64,000 nucleotides of DNA from the NCBI RefSeq assembly GCF_024521635.1, contig NW_026250417.1, forward strand, positions 62,001 through 126,000, given 5' to 3'. Within the stretch, counting starts at the first letter, position 1. The number at the start of each line of letters is the position of its first letter. Under the pieces are notes generated by a model. The model ran no database searches. It saw nothing but the letters and a program-made list of their open reading frames with translations, and was not told where the DNA came from. This DNA comes from Tricharina praecox. Lineage: Eukaryota. This document shows, in pieces, positions 1-12,096 of the stretch. The position numbers and the translations under genes are program-made.

Positions 1-99
1 TACCATTACATATAGGAGTCACTCGAATCCGATAAGATTGGAGAAAGATAGGCGAAATAGGCTACTTCCTGTGCATAATATCATCTTGCTCGACCCGCC

Positions 100-1260
100 G
101 CGAATGCCCTGTCCCTCAACTGCTACTTGCCCCGCCGGCACCACCACGAATGCTGTCTCCTCCTACTGCTACTCGCCTTTTGTGGGCGGTATCACTTCCC
201 CCCTCTCTACTCCTCCTCACCCTGTTCGACCCACCGTGCTTAGCATCGCCTGCTACTACTGCTCCTCACGCTCCTGGATCCGCTGTAAATATCACAGACA
301 GCTTCTCCGTCACTTCCTCCATCACCTCACCCGCACACACAGACAGCTTCCCCGTTACTTCCTCCATCACTCCCCCCTTCACAGAAAACTCCTCCACCCG
401 CTGACAGCTCCTCCACTTCCTTTCAATGATAGCTTCTCTCGATCTCTTGTTGATATTTTCTCTCTCTTATAGCTCCCACACCCGCCGCAACTGCTATTCC
501 CGCCGCAACTGCTATTCCCGCCGCAACTGCTATTCCCCCTACTGCCCCAACTGCTATTCTCGCTGATGCTGATCTGTTTTCCAGTTCTTCTCGCTGCAGC
601 TTCTACTCCCGCCGCAACTGTTACTCCCCCTCCCGCCACCACTACTATTCCCCCTCCCACCACCACTGCTATTCTCGCTGATGCTTCTGTCCCACAGCTC
701 TCCCTTCGCCGCCACTGCTACTGCTGCCCTCGTGGCAGCTCTGTCCTCGCCGCCAATGCTATTCCCCCTCCCGCCGCCACTGCTACTCTCGCTGATGATT
801 CTATCCCGCAGCTCTGCCCTCGCTGCCACAGCTCTGTCCTCGCCGCCACAGCTCTGCCCTCGCCGCAACTGCTATTCCCCCTCGCGCTACAACTACTACT
901 GCCGCTGTTAGCACTTCTCTCAAAGCTCTACTCCTGCCACAACTGCTGTGCCCCCTTCTGACGCTACTGCTACATCCGCTGAGATTCCCTCAATCATAGC
1001 TTTACTTCCACTGCAGCCAGTACTCCCACTGCCGCCGCAACTGCTTTTCTCGGCGCAACTCTATTCTCCCCTCATCTCGGCACAACTCTACTCTGACCGC
1101 AAGTCTACCCTCCCCCGACACTCTACTCTCGGCGCCACCAACTCTACTCTCGGCGCAACTCTACTCTAGCCGCAAGTCTACCCTCGCTAATAGCTTCTCT
1201 CTCATATCTTTTCTAGCAGCAACTCTATTCTCCATTCCCCTCGGCGCAATACATCCACTT
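100..1260. repeat. Degenerate C-rich nested tandem-repeat block (possible decayed repetitive ORF or element)
   Basis: 45-bp duplication at 293-382; 18-bp unit CCGCCGCAACTGCTATTC x3 at 482-535; recurring GCTATTCTCGCTGATG, CAGCTCTGTCCTCGCCGCCA and ACTCTACTCT. No continuous ORF. Confidence 0.6.
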
Positions 1261-1540
1261 GGCACAGGCTAGAAAGAATATTAAATAATGTAGGAAGTAG
1301 ATAAAATACTAGATAGAAGTTCAATGCGAGACACACTGGATTACTGCATACAAACCGGCCCTTAGTGATATAAAATCAGCATTCACCCCGGTACTATAGT
1401 CATATAAAATATTGAGATTGAACTGATGCTCATATCCACTGACTGCGCATCGCACGTAATATTGTCTTTTGACGAGTAGAGAATTCCAGTTGATGCTGTA
1501 TTGGTCTAGTAAGGCTATGAGAGTTGTGCGAAGACGCATT

Positions 1541-1677
1541 CATTTGAATGCCAGCATGCTGCCGTACCGATCCGGAAAGGTTATGAGCGTTGTGGGCATT
1601 TGAATACCAGCTTGCTGCCATACCGATCCAGGAAGGTTATGAGTGTTGTGGGCATTTGAATGCCAGCATGCTGCCAT
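1541..1677. repeat. 56-bp tandem repeat, ~2.5 copies
   Basis: Units starting CATTTGAAT at 1541, 1597 and 1653; 6 differences between the first two copies, 5 of them transitions. Confidence 0.9.
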
Positions 1678-2541
1678 AGCGCGACCAAATCAAAGAACAG
1701 GATGATTCACATCTATCGGTACCGACGTGGCAATGCGCATTACTTTTCTCAGTATAATCATTTTTTGGCCGTAAAGATTCCGCTGTTTTTGGATTGCCTC
1801 CAATCATTCTACTGCCGCCTGGCTCTGTTACTGCCTCCATACCGATCAGCCCTAGTTGTTGACCACTGTACTTTTTCAGCTGGGCAGATTGCGGGGTGGA
1901 GTTGAGCGGATACCTCATAAGGGAAAAGTTATTGAACTGTCATATAGACGAGGGGAGGTCAGACATCACTTACGGGATGTCATTCGATGGTGTAACCTCA
2001 CACATAAGTACGGTCACAACACCTTGCGATTCGCTATATCTCCGGTCTTGCATTGGGAGTTTCTGGTCCCCCCTGTGCTATTGTTAACCTGTCATGTTCG
2101 TGATGAATAGTGGCGGATGGATGGACGGTGTCGGACCACATTTATGAGCGTGTTAGTCATCGCAAAGTCCAATTTTGCTTGCCCGCCCATAACTACGGCG
2201 ATCGAGTGAGTATCGTGATTCCAACCAACATCAATTTCCCGTAATTCCGTCTCCGTCTGTGTTATCCGAATGAATGGCCGTGACAATGGCCTGTCCGGGA
2301 CCACATAGAAACCGCTATTGATCAATCCTAATAAAAGGTGTGATTTGCTTCCAATTGGATGGTTTCACCCACCGATTCTGACGAAAGTGTCGAAAGCAGG
2401 GGGTGGCTGCAGTGGCTGGAACTTCACTTCGGAATTCCATGACTGTGTACCCCGCTCACCGTGCTAGGGGGGAGCCGTCACCGAAAAGCAAAAGGGGGCA
2501 GCAGCAGTGAGCACAGCACTCATCATCTCACCTCCAACACG

Positions 2542-3467
2542 ATGGAAACCGACGACCTCAGTACGAGATCTTTCACGCCTACGTCCAGCGAACGCTCCAG
2601 TCCCGCTTCGAGCACGTCTGTATCCGACAGTTCGGTAGTCTTCACTCCGCTCAACCCCTTCCTGAGCCCGTCTTCGCCGCGAAGCCTTAGCCGCGGCGAG
2701 TGGCATGAGGACTTCGGGCAGGAGTCGCGTGAAACCGCCGTCACGAAGCAACGCCACGAAATCATACTCTCGGTCCGCGCCGCCATAGACGCGGCGATTG
2801 GAAGCACCTTTGCTAGATACGAGCTGGGAGAGGTTTGCGGCGACGGTACAATCCCGCATAGGACCGCGTCTTGCTGACTCGCATCTAGCACTCGGGTGCG
2901 GCCGATACGCAAACGGATCATGGCCCCAGAAGCACAACCGACGCGGACCTGATCGACAATTTGTGGACGGAAATAGACGCGCTACGCAGGGAATCTGCCG
3001 CGCTGCGAGCGAATGTTGACGCGCTACGGGCCGATTCTGCCGCGCTGCGGGCGAAGCTCGCGGACATCGAGGCGGAGGAGCGTGCCGACGAACTCGCGAA
3101 TGCCAAGAACGTTGTCCGCGCGTTGGGTATGCTGCTCATGTTTGGCCGTGTCACTCCCTTGGCACCCACCGTATGGTGGCACCGGACCAAGAAAATCACG
3201 AGATGCTATTTCCAGACGGGTCGCCCGCTTGGTATGTCCACTTTCTTCCCGCGCCGCAGTATGTACTTACTTACCTAACTCATCTCAGCCCCAAAGCTGT
3301 GTGTTGATATCGGATCCGACGACGGAGTCCTCCTGTTGGACAGGTACGTATACTCCGAACCAGAGGGCAAGGGGTGGCGCGAGATGGCGATGTTCTCGGC
3401 CACGACGCGGTGTCGCGATGTGGTGCAGGCCTGGGGCCATCTTCTGAATCGGCCGGCTGTGAAGTGA
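2542..3467 (+). CDS. Hypothetical protein (~270 aa), Ser-rich N-terminus plus coiled coil; exons 2542-2832, 2889-3231, 3289-3467
   Basis: Introns 2833-2888 (GTTTGC..GCTGAC..TAG) and 3232-3288 (GTATGT..CCTAAC..CAG) join three fragments in frame through to TGA at 3465-3467; heptad-like segment IDALRRESAALRANVDALRADSAALRAKLADIE. Confidence 0.6.
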
Positions 3468-4103
3468 TTTTGCCGGCGTAAGTAGGTGATTTTGCGTAAA
3501 ATTTGGGGGGAGGGGGGGGTTTATTGGCCATCTAGGTATCGGAATATGTGCGTGCTATTTATAACTACATAGTCACTGGTGTCTGGTTAGTGGTTACTGG
3601 TATGATGGGTGTGCTCGTAATTTGCAGTGTGTATGTACGGCGGAAGTCTTGTATTCTCCCTCCCAAAAGATCTTGGAAATGGGTCGAGATTAAGTCGGCG
3701 CTCGAGGCCATAGCTGCTCGAGCTTCCCCTCGTGCGTCGTGCCAGTAATACCACTACGTACCTATACACCGCTATGAGGAGAGAAACGTCGATCAGTTAT
3801 GCGTGGGCATCCGTGAGGATATCTTGCCAGTCCGAGGGCATTCAGCGGGTGATACAAGTAGAACTCACTTCTGGGAGCACCTGAAATAGCTAGTACTACT
3901 GTTGATGCGCCATGCTACTATATCGAGCCGCTTTGGTACTTGAGAACTTGCTGTCATGCTGAAAATCGAGATACATATCCTGGTGATGTCCGCCCGAGGA
4001 CGGGAATAATCGGTAACGTTATTTTCCACAGTTCTCCATACAGCATTGCCACCACAGGCTAGTTGAAGTCGTAAATGTAAGTTGTAACAAGGTCAACACA
4101 GCA

Positions 4104-4188
4104 TCTCTGTTAGTATAGTGGTTAGTATTTCCGCCTGTCATTCCATGATAGTCCGCGGGAGACCAGGGTTCAATTCCCTGACAGAGAG
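4104..4188 (+). tRNA. tRNA-Asp(GTC) with 13-nt intron (4141-4153)
   Basis: Acceptor stem TCTCTGT/ACAGAGA plus discriminator G; D-arm AGTGGTTA; anticodon stem TCCGC/GCGGG with GTC at 4137-4139; intron after base 37; T-loop GGTTCAATTCC; downstream T-run. Confidence 0.96.
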
Positions 4189-5910
4189 AGAGTTTCTTTT
4201 GGTACAATGCTCAGGTTCTTTTTACCAGCCATCGGGGCAGAATTGCAGAGAAGAGTGACGTGCTATCTACTTAGGGAGGGTCGAACTATCGAACGTCATA
4301 ACTATGGCTCCGACTGCTGGGATATTTAGAATTACTGTCGAACCGAATCGGAATCCGTATGTACGGGCAAGCCGTGGCGAATTCATGTCTGCTAGACAGC
4401 CAGGACTGACGGTTCTTGACGATCTTGAACGTCGCCACAGGCTGCAACTTGTTGACCGACCGCTTCAATAGCAGAGCCCAGAACGCAAATCAAAGCCCTA
4501 TTACGGAACGAAATGGTGTCAGTGTCATTTTTTTGGGAACAGGAGCGGATCGCGGAGGCCCCCTTTGATCGTACCAGTAATATTTCCCATCATGGTCCCA
4601 GTCGTCATGCCCCGCGTGGTGAGGAATGAAAAATCTTGTGGAAACCCTTCTATGATCCTTTGCTGTTTCGGGGGATGTTTCGGGGGGGCGTGGTAGGCGG
4701 CTCGCTACCCGGGGCTAGATTGGATGCACGAAGCTTCCGCCGCCTTGGTTGATCGTTCCTCCTTATCGGAAACCGCACTTCGATCCCCTTGCTCTTTCAA
4801 GGGTTGCTTCGGGGGTGGGTTTTGCGGCTTGCTGTCAGGGACAGGATCTGACGCCGGCAGAAATCTCCATAGAGAGCATGAGGGTACGGACTCGGAAGGA
4901 TGCCAAAGTTCTAACGACTAGTACTCGATCGGAGAAGGTGAACGATAAGTGAGAATGAAGAAGGGACAAGGAAGGGCGTTGATAATGAAGGGCCGGTTAT
5001 GATCGCCTAGTTTGGTCCGCCGTCAGCAATCCTCGTATGTATGTACTTTCTCATGTTGAATACGGTGGCGTCCAGTCATGGACAGCTTTCTACTTTATTC
5101 GCTTTATTCGTCGCCGACTCGATAGCGACGGAGACAGCTCGAGGGAATGTGGTGGTGATTGAATGGACGGAAGACTAGTAAAGAGTGCAACATGTCACCA
5201 CGCTTTCGTTCTGAACGATGACTGGGAGACTTGTCGTCACGGAGCGGGGTGAGAGCGATAGCGGTGATGATGACCGCAAGTGAAACACGAGGAGGTTGAG
5301 TGTCGTGTGCTGATTAAGCTGTTCTGAATAGGTAGTCCGGTTTTGGGTGTGGGTGAAGAGTTGATTCCTTGATAGGTGTGATGCGTCGGGTAAAGCCATG
5401 GCGGTGGTAGAGGAGGAGATGCAATGGAGAAGTGAAGTGATACCCTTGCAAACTGCACCAATAGTTCGCTCCTTGGAGAACCATTCTGTTCAGCAAGCAG
5501 ATCAGGAGCTTCCGCCTTGTGATCCTCATATCGACAGAACATGACGCATCCAAGGAAATTCTACGACAACACTTGCGCATATTACGTCACAGGACATCAA
5601 GGCTTATACTCACTCTAGCTCTTCTGTAGGTTGCTTTCAGTGGCTCGGACATCAATCGTTAACCGCCTCGGCGGTTCGAGTGTTGGCGAAGAAAGCGAGT
5701 GATCGCGAATGCAAATACGTGCTGGTCACCAATTCTACGAGTTTCACCGCCGGTACGACAAACCATTATCATCCCTGAGCTTTGAGCTGACATACTTGTA
5801 GCCAAAGAATGTATTCGGTAAGCGAGTAAGTACATACGCCCCCCCTTTCCCCCCTCCACTCATTCATGCGACTCAAGAACCGCAGCTCGAGCCGATCGTC
5901 ACCAATCGGT

Positions 5911-6762
5911 CTAACCAGTCCAGACAGAACCTACGTCCATATATATTAGCAACAGTCGCGGTGAGATGAATTATTGGGAGAGCGTACCTCCAGGAGCCTG
6001 ATACACCGCCAGTCCTTGATTGAACTTCCACAGCTCCGCCAAAATGCCGGGATGGTCCGGATCGTAAGCCCCCGGCAGCGCCACACCAGTGGGATTAGCG
6101 GATCCACCACCCGTGATAACGATCTGTGCACACGAAGGGTAGAACTGTGCGCCCATCCTCGTGCTAGCCACATGCAGACCCAGGATCTCGTGGCGGAGAA
6201 GGTAGTTCCCGTTGCTTAGGGACTTGGGAATTGTAACGGTCCAGCTTGCACCCAGACTCGCAAGCTTGTCTGAGCCCCAGGGAGGAGTTTGGTCCGCTTT
6301 GTAACCCCATTCGTCGATTTTCACCCATACGTTGCCGGTGTTGGCTTTGCAGGTGGAGAAGTCACCGGGGCCTGTTATGGGTCAGCAAGGAGTACCGAGA
6401 AGCAAGGCAGGAGGGAGGATACATTTTGCAACATAAGTCATCACTGGCCCGGAGTGGGAGCTCCCCCACTGGTCCCACTGGAACTTAACCTGGGAACCAG
6501 CCGTCACAGGGATGTTATTTGCGATGGGGATGTTCCCGCCCTTGTTGCAGGTGATATCCGCGGTCGTAAAGTCCGGGACTGGACCGTTATCGGGGAATAC
6601 ACGCGTGTAGCGCACAGGGGTTGGAGTGATGTATGGATCCGAATATGGTTGCCAGCCGCCGTAGGATTTGCCATCGACGATGATTTCTTTCAGGTAGCCG
6701 TGGCCAAGGACGCCGGGCGCCAGTGTGGCGGCCAAGAGGAGGGGAATGGTGGTGAAATGCAT
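5911..6762 (-). CDS. AA9 (GH61) lytic polysaccharide monooxygenase, ~247 aa, no CBM; exons 6762-6423, 6371-5988, 5930-5911
   Basis: Signal peptide followed by His1 (HGY), SSHSGPV, YLLRHEILGLH and GAQFYPSCAQI; introns 6372-6422 and 5931-5987 have canonical sites; ends PGGSVWTG*. Confidence 0.95.
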
Positions 6763-7481
6763 GTCTGCGAGGCGTGGGGAGGGAAGTGAAAAGAATAGCT
6801 GGCGGGTGGAGGGATTTATACTGACAGGAGCAATGTACCCAACCGGATCCTCGGGCCTGTGGGGAGCGAGGTGGTACTCCGTGCCAGTATCATTTACATC
6901 ACGAGGTTGTGTAGGCAAAACATAGCCCTGGAATATGTCATTAATGCACGGACGTTGTAACTGCAGAGTTAATCTATTTAGAGTAGATGATCTTGGCTAG
7001 CGAGCGGGGTCTCCGTGTTTTCGGAGGTCCCGGCCGGGAGATTGATCGGCCCGGCGGAACCGTAGGGATTCCAACAGTCAAGCGAGTGATAGAAGGAGGT
7101 TTTGTTGGGGGGTGGCGGTGGGAGGGGTTCGGAGTACTTGTATTTAAGCTAGGACGCTCCTACTCGAGGCGGTAACTTCTTGTTGGTTGGATGCCGAGGC
7201 GGGAAGAGCTCCCACTTTGGGAATCTCGCGAACTGATCATGTGCAGGTACCTGCTTTCGGCTCTCACTTGGCCGACCGGCAAGGACCAAAAACATCCGGA
7301 GGCTTTGGAGAGAAGTAATAGGTATTTCCAGCGTCCATGGGTTCCTTGAGATTCTATTCATTCCAGACACAACGCATGACCAATATTTCCCCGCAAATCA
7401 AATCAGCAAAGCGAATCAAATCGAATCCAACCAAACGTCGAAAACCCCGCCATCAATGGATTACCACCCATCCCAGCGCCA

Positions 7482-8156
7482 TCAATCCATGTAATCAAGC
7501 TCCTCCTCGATCCCCAAAGTCTGGCGGATCTTATCAATCACCTCCTGTTCCTTGCCACTATCCTTGAGGAGCTTCTCGAGCGCGTAGATATTATCTGCTT
7601 TGCTGTCAGCACTCCTTACAGGCCTATGCAACCGGAATGCCCCACCGATCATCTCATTCACGCTCAGCCTCAGCTTTTCCTTCTCACTCAACGCCACCTC
7701 CGCTCCCTTAGTGCTCCTAATCTCCTTCAACTCCTCCCTAGCCGCCTCCCTTCTGTCCTCAGCCTCCCTCAACCTATCCACCAGCTCAAGCCTGTCGCCG
7801 CCTCCCTCGCCCCCAGCAATTCTCTCCTTCTCCTCCTGCATCATCGCCTGCACGTTCTCTAACGCCGCCCTTGCCTTATCCCTCTCCTTCGTCGCCTCAG
7901 CGAGGAGGTTCAGCTTCTGCCGTACCGCGTCGGCGGGGAAACTCCAGTACCAGTTTCCGGAACCGATTTTCTCAACGCTGATGAGACTCTCTGCAACTAG
8001 TGCTGCGATGTACTCTTTCACCAGCATCCCGGAGATCCCAGCTGCAGGGGGGAGGGATTTCTCGAGGTCCTTGAGGGTGTGCGCGACGCGGGTTGTGCGG
8101 AAGTAACTGAGAACTAGCTGTAGCTTGCCGTTCGGGAGGTCTTTGGACTGGCCCAT
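7482..8156 (-). CDS. MND1: Meiotic nuclear division protein 1 (~207 aa after removing in-frame intron 7595-7645)
   Basis: HTLKDLEK..GISGMLVKEYI..L..VEKIGSGNWYWSF winged-helix signature followed by coiled coil; splicing restores the family-typical xDNIY motif. Confidence 0.92.
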   Translation of the reverse strand: MGQSKDLPNGKLQLVLSYFRTTRVAHTLKDLEKSLPPAAGISGMLVKEYIAALVAESLISVEKIGSGNWYWSFPADAVRQKLNLLAEATKERDKARAALENVQAMMQEEKERIAGGEGGGDRLELVDRLREAEDRREAAREELKEIRSTKGAEVALSEKEKLRLSVNEMIGGAFRLHRPVRSADSKADNIYALEKLLKDSGKEQEVIDKIRQTLGIEEELDYMD

Positions 8157-8974
8157 TGTTGTGGTGGAGCGGCGTGATGGGTTGGGTTGATGTGGGGTGG
8201 AGTGAGAGTGGGTAGGCGTTTCTATGGGAGAGGGCGAATAGGCGTTGCTATGACTGGGAGTGAGTGATGCCGTAGAAGGAATTAGCGTTGAGCATAGCCG
8301 TCACTCGACTGGACACGACTTCTTCCGGGATGTTTCGTTCTCTTTGAATAGCATCACATATGCTCGAATTCATCTCGTCGGTCATTTTGGATCTTGATTT
8401 GGATGCTTTCGAACATGCTGTGTTTAGAGTGCCATCACGCTTCGAAGCAACGATGCACCACGTTCGTTATGGCTGAAGAGTGGCGCTCGATGGCTTGAAT
8501 GTGTGACATCAGCCACGCAAATATGATCAACTGAGAAACCGGCATTTCACCGAGCTGAATACAATCGATCGCCCCTGCATACACAATTGCTGCTCCTGCA
8601 AAGTTTCAACTTTCAACTCGCTGGAGATGTCTTGGTACATTGGTTAGGTGTGAGGTAAGTACTTACCTAAGTAAGTACACTTACTTACGCACTTCTACGA
8701 TTGGCTGTGAACCGAGAAGCTGTGGCTGCTGCGGGGCTGGAGCTCAAGCTACGGAACCCCTCGCTCACACCCACCTACTCCCCCATCCTGACCCGGCAAC
8801 CACCGCTGACGTCGTGGGCTCCTACACAAAAATCACGTCTGCACTCCTCCGCTTCAGTCACAGACCATCTATCGGTTCTCGATCGCCATCTCGGGGCTTG
8901 TCACTTGAACGCCAACCTTTCGGCTCTCGACCCCTGTTGCGTATCTGAGGCAACCTACCACCACAGCCATCGCA

Positions 8975-10462
8975 ATGCCATTCCGAATCCTCGACCTTCC
9001 GAACGAGCTCATCCGCGAGATCATCCGGGCTCTTCCCTTCAAAACCGTCTTCACTATTCAGCACGTAAACCACCGCTTCCATGGGCTAGCACAGGACCTT
9101 CTATACAAGAGGCTTGGCGACATCACAAGCGACAACAGCGGCGGAGTCTGCCTCACGTCGCTGGATGCCCTCGAGCTGCTCCGGCTGTTCAACAGGAAGC
9201 CATACCTCGTGAATCGTGTGCAGTCTATGTGCATAAACTGGGACTGGGAATCCGGATGTGTACCGGATCTTGAAGACTCGAGGTGCCTGGAGGATCCCAT
9301 GACGGAGGTAGATCTGGCGATCTGGGCGAGGGAGGTCAAGGCGCTGGAGTTGACGGAGGAACGGTTTCCGTATATGCCGTACCTTGAGTCGGGAGATTAT
9401 TTCTACGCGGGTGATCGGTCGACGGGATTCGTGGATGTGGCGCTGCCGTTGCTTCTGGCGAAGCTGGTGAATCTGGAGGTCCTCGAGTGTAGGGGATACG
9501 CCCACGGCGCGTTTTGCTTTCCCTCCATGTGGCAGACGTTCAAGCAGCCAGTGTTTCGGAATCTTCAGAGACTGATTTGGACGGATTATGACGGGATGCC
9601 GTGTTTTCCGGTGGTCTATATCATTCCCATGATAATGGTTGCGCCGAGGTTGGAGTGTGTGTCCACAACGGGAGGAATCGGTTCGATGGGTGCCGATGAC
9701 GATGTGGAGTCCATCTTTTTCTCAGACGGGAGACCCGGGCAGATGCTGCTTGATGCACTCGTCGCTCCCGGGTTCCAATGCAACATCACATCGCTAGAAT
9801 TCATTAGGGCTAACATCCAACCGAAGTTATTCCGGTGGCTCCTCGCACGAACCAAGAAGCTCCAACGGTTCAAATACACAGTGTGGGATGAAGAGAAATT
9901 CATTGGGATTCCGTACCGACTCATCCTGGGAGAGATGATGGAAGCCTTGATAGAAGTCCGCCACACCCTTCAGGTTCTCTATCTCGATGTGGAACTGCGC
10001 AGACGTGGATATTTGGCGGATGATCTAGCAGTGGTCGAAAACCTATCAGCCCAGTTCGAGTCCTTTGAGGATTTTTATCAGCTGCGGAAGATGACCGTCA
10101 ACTTTTACCAGATGGTCCCGCTCCGCACCGTCCTCACTCCAATGGCAAAGCCAACCATCCTCGACCGCCTTCCGCCAAACTTGGAGTACTTCGCCTTCAC
10201 GGATGGCGTGGGCAGGGAGAATATAAGGATGCTGTATGATGTCACTTTAGAGGAGTATCACGAGGAGGTCACGAAGAATATGTTGCAGGTTCTCCAGGCT
10301 AAGGTGGAAGGCGAAAGGATGCAGAGCTTGCGGTCGGTGGTGACTCCATTCCCTCACGATGAGGACTCAAGATGGGAGCTGGCTGAGGCTTGCAGAACGG
10401 GAGGCGTGACTTGTGAATTTTGGGATACAGCCTCTGGAGTTTCGGGAGGGGATGAGTTATGA
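8975..10462 (+). CDS. F-box domain protein, 495 aa, intronless, with probable degenerate LRR-like body
   Basis: N-terminal ILDLPNELIREIIRAL...VNHRFHGLAQDLLY F-box pattern; LxxL segments (LVNLEVLE, FRNLQRL, LPPNLEYF). Confidence 0.85.
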   Translation: MPFRILDLPNELIREIIRALPFKTVFTIQHVNHRFHGLAQDLLYKRLGDITSDNSGGVCLTSLDALELLRLFNRKPYLVNRVQSMCINWDWESGCVPDLEDSRCLEDPMTEVDLAIWAREVKALELTEERFPYMPYLESGDYFYAGDRSTGFVDVALPLLLAKLVNLEVLECRGYAHGAFCFPSMWQTFKQPVFRNLQRLIWTDYDGMPCFPVVYIIPMIMVAPRLECVSTTGGIGSMGADDDVESIFFSDGRPGQMLLDALVAPGFQCNITSLEFIRANIQPKLFRWLLARTKKLQRFKYTVWDEEKFIGIPYRLILGEMMEALIEVRHTLQVLYLDVELRRRGYLADDLAVVENLSAQFESFEDFYQLRKMTVNFYQMVPLRTVLTPMAKPTILDRLPPNLEYFAFTDGVGRENIRMLYDVTLEEYHEEVTKNMLQVLQAKVEGERMQSLRSVVTPFPHDEDSRWELAEACRTGGVTCEFWDTASGVSGGDEL

Positions 10463-12096
10463 ATTCTGTTCTCTCTTTCGCACAGCGATGTAGTGATTAA
10501 AGACACACGAACATAAATGCAAGAATCCTCCAATCAATAGAGATCGTTTATTTTTATATCGTTGTGTAGATACTTGGGTACTACTACATAGGCTCAGTAC
10601 GAAGCCATACGTTCATGATTACCAAAGCTCGATGAGGTATAGTTCAAGCTGAATCAAATTGGAGAGGTATCGCGGGCCCTCACAACCCCGCCGAAGACTA
10701 TAGCGCCAGGCCAGAGACTGCCCAACATTTCAAGATGCGCGGAATTTGGGTCCTAGTACTGGAAGCCTCGATGATTCCATTCCCAATGCACTGATGACGG
10801 GCTGCAGCCTGTTCTGGATCTTGCGGCACACGGCGGAAATGCCATGGGGAGACGGGATCCCCCGGGTCCTCAGCAGCTTGTTCACACCACAGATCAGATC
10901 TTCAGGGCCTTCAAGCTCAAAACACAAGCAACGTGCCTCGCTCCTATGGTCCAGAAATCCTGGTTGTATTCGAGATCTGTGACACTCGGCGGATGTGAAG
11001 GTGGTATTAGTTCAACCGAAGCGAGGCTCGGAGCTGAATACTCATTCCAACTGCTGTACTAGGTAATCTCATGTACTTTCCTACTCAGCGTCCATCAATG
11101 CGCTGCCATAGCTATTCCGCTTCGACTTCTTTTCGTTTTGGCAATACGTAAGCATATCTACTTCCCCTCCCCCGAATTCTGTTTTCGCCACCGTTTCATT
11201 TGTGAGTCTATTTCTCAACCATAAAGCCATCGATCTAAGATTATGCAGCTCTTTCCCTCAAGCTTGTAGTAATGTTAAGAAACTCAGGAAAAGAAAACGC
11301 GCGGCAACACCAGCTCTCAAACGGCAATTTCGGCTTGTTTTGCACTCATTTGGACTTCACCCCACAGTTTATCTTGAAAGCTACGATACCAGGCGGTAGA
11401 TTTTCGGTGGATCGCATACAAGACAAACCACAAAGTTCCGAACCGAGCGGTAGGTAGACTCGTGAAAGCAGGAGGTTAACTATCGCTTCTTCTTCCGGTC
11501 CGCCTGTCAACCAACACGAACACAAACACGAGGGACGACAAGATAGTCAGCCTTTCCGGGCTCGCCGAGCCTCCGCCCGCACGGTGCGCCTCACCATCGT
11601 CGTCATCGTCTTTAGGGTCCTCTGAAACCGATTGCCGAATGACCGTGCTCCGCTCCGTCCATCTGCCTTGGAGCGAGATGCGCGTCTGTAGTTGCACAGA
11701 ATGCAATCGGTATAAGTAAGCCTCGAGTGTTGAGGCGGAGTTTTTTCGGGTGCGGGGGCGGAGTTCCTCTGCTCCGATCCGCATCAACCAGCGCTGCCAT
11801 CGCCGACCTCCGCCTCCGCTAACTACTCTACTGCTTTATCTCCAGAAAATTCGCGGTTTTTATGTACGAAAACCGTGTCTTCTTCACCGCGCAGCTCTCC
11901 GGTGGTCTCTCAATTTCTTGTCACATTCCCGAACCGGCATCGGCCGTCGCCCAAACGCTTGGCTACTAGAGGCGAACTTGTAATTAGAAGAAGTACCTAC
12001 TCCCGCGCGCCCCATCTCAACCAACATCGTCCGCCACCACCGGCCAACCCCTCACGAAAACACGAAGGAGAAAAAAACTAGAACGAACGTACAACG

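Noticed and set aside
1541-1677. CRISPR-like reading of the 56-bp repeats
   Set aside because: Contiguous tandem copies without unique spacers, eukaryotic context, no cas genes.
1637-2325. Short minus-strand ORFs with splice-like signals
   Set aside because: Could not be joined into a stop-free model; no recognisable domain.
4286-4990. Possible minus-strand gene with intron-like 4574-4498
   Set aside because: Every frame I tried is interrupted by stops; at best an unidentifiable relic.
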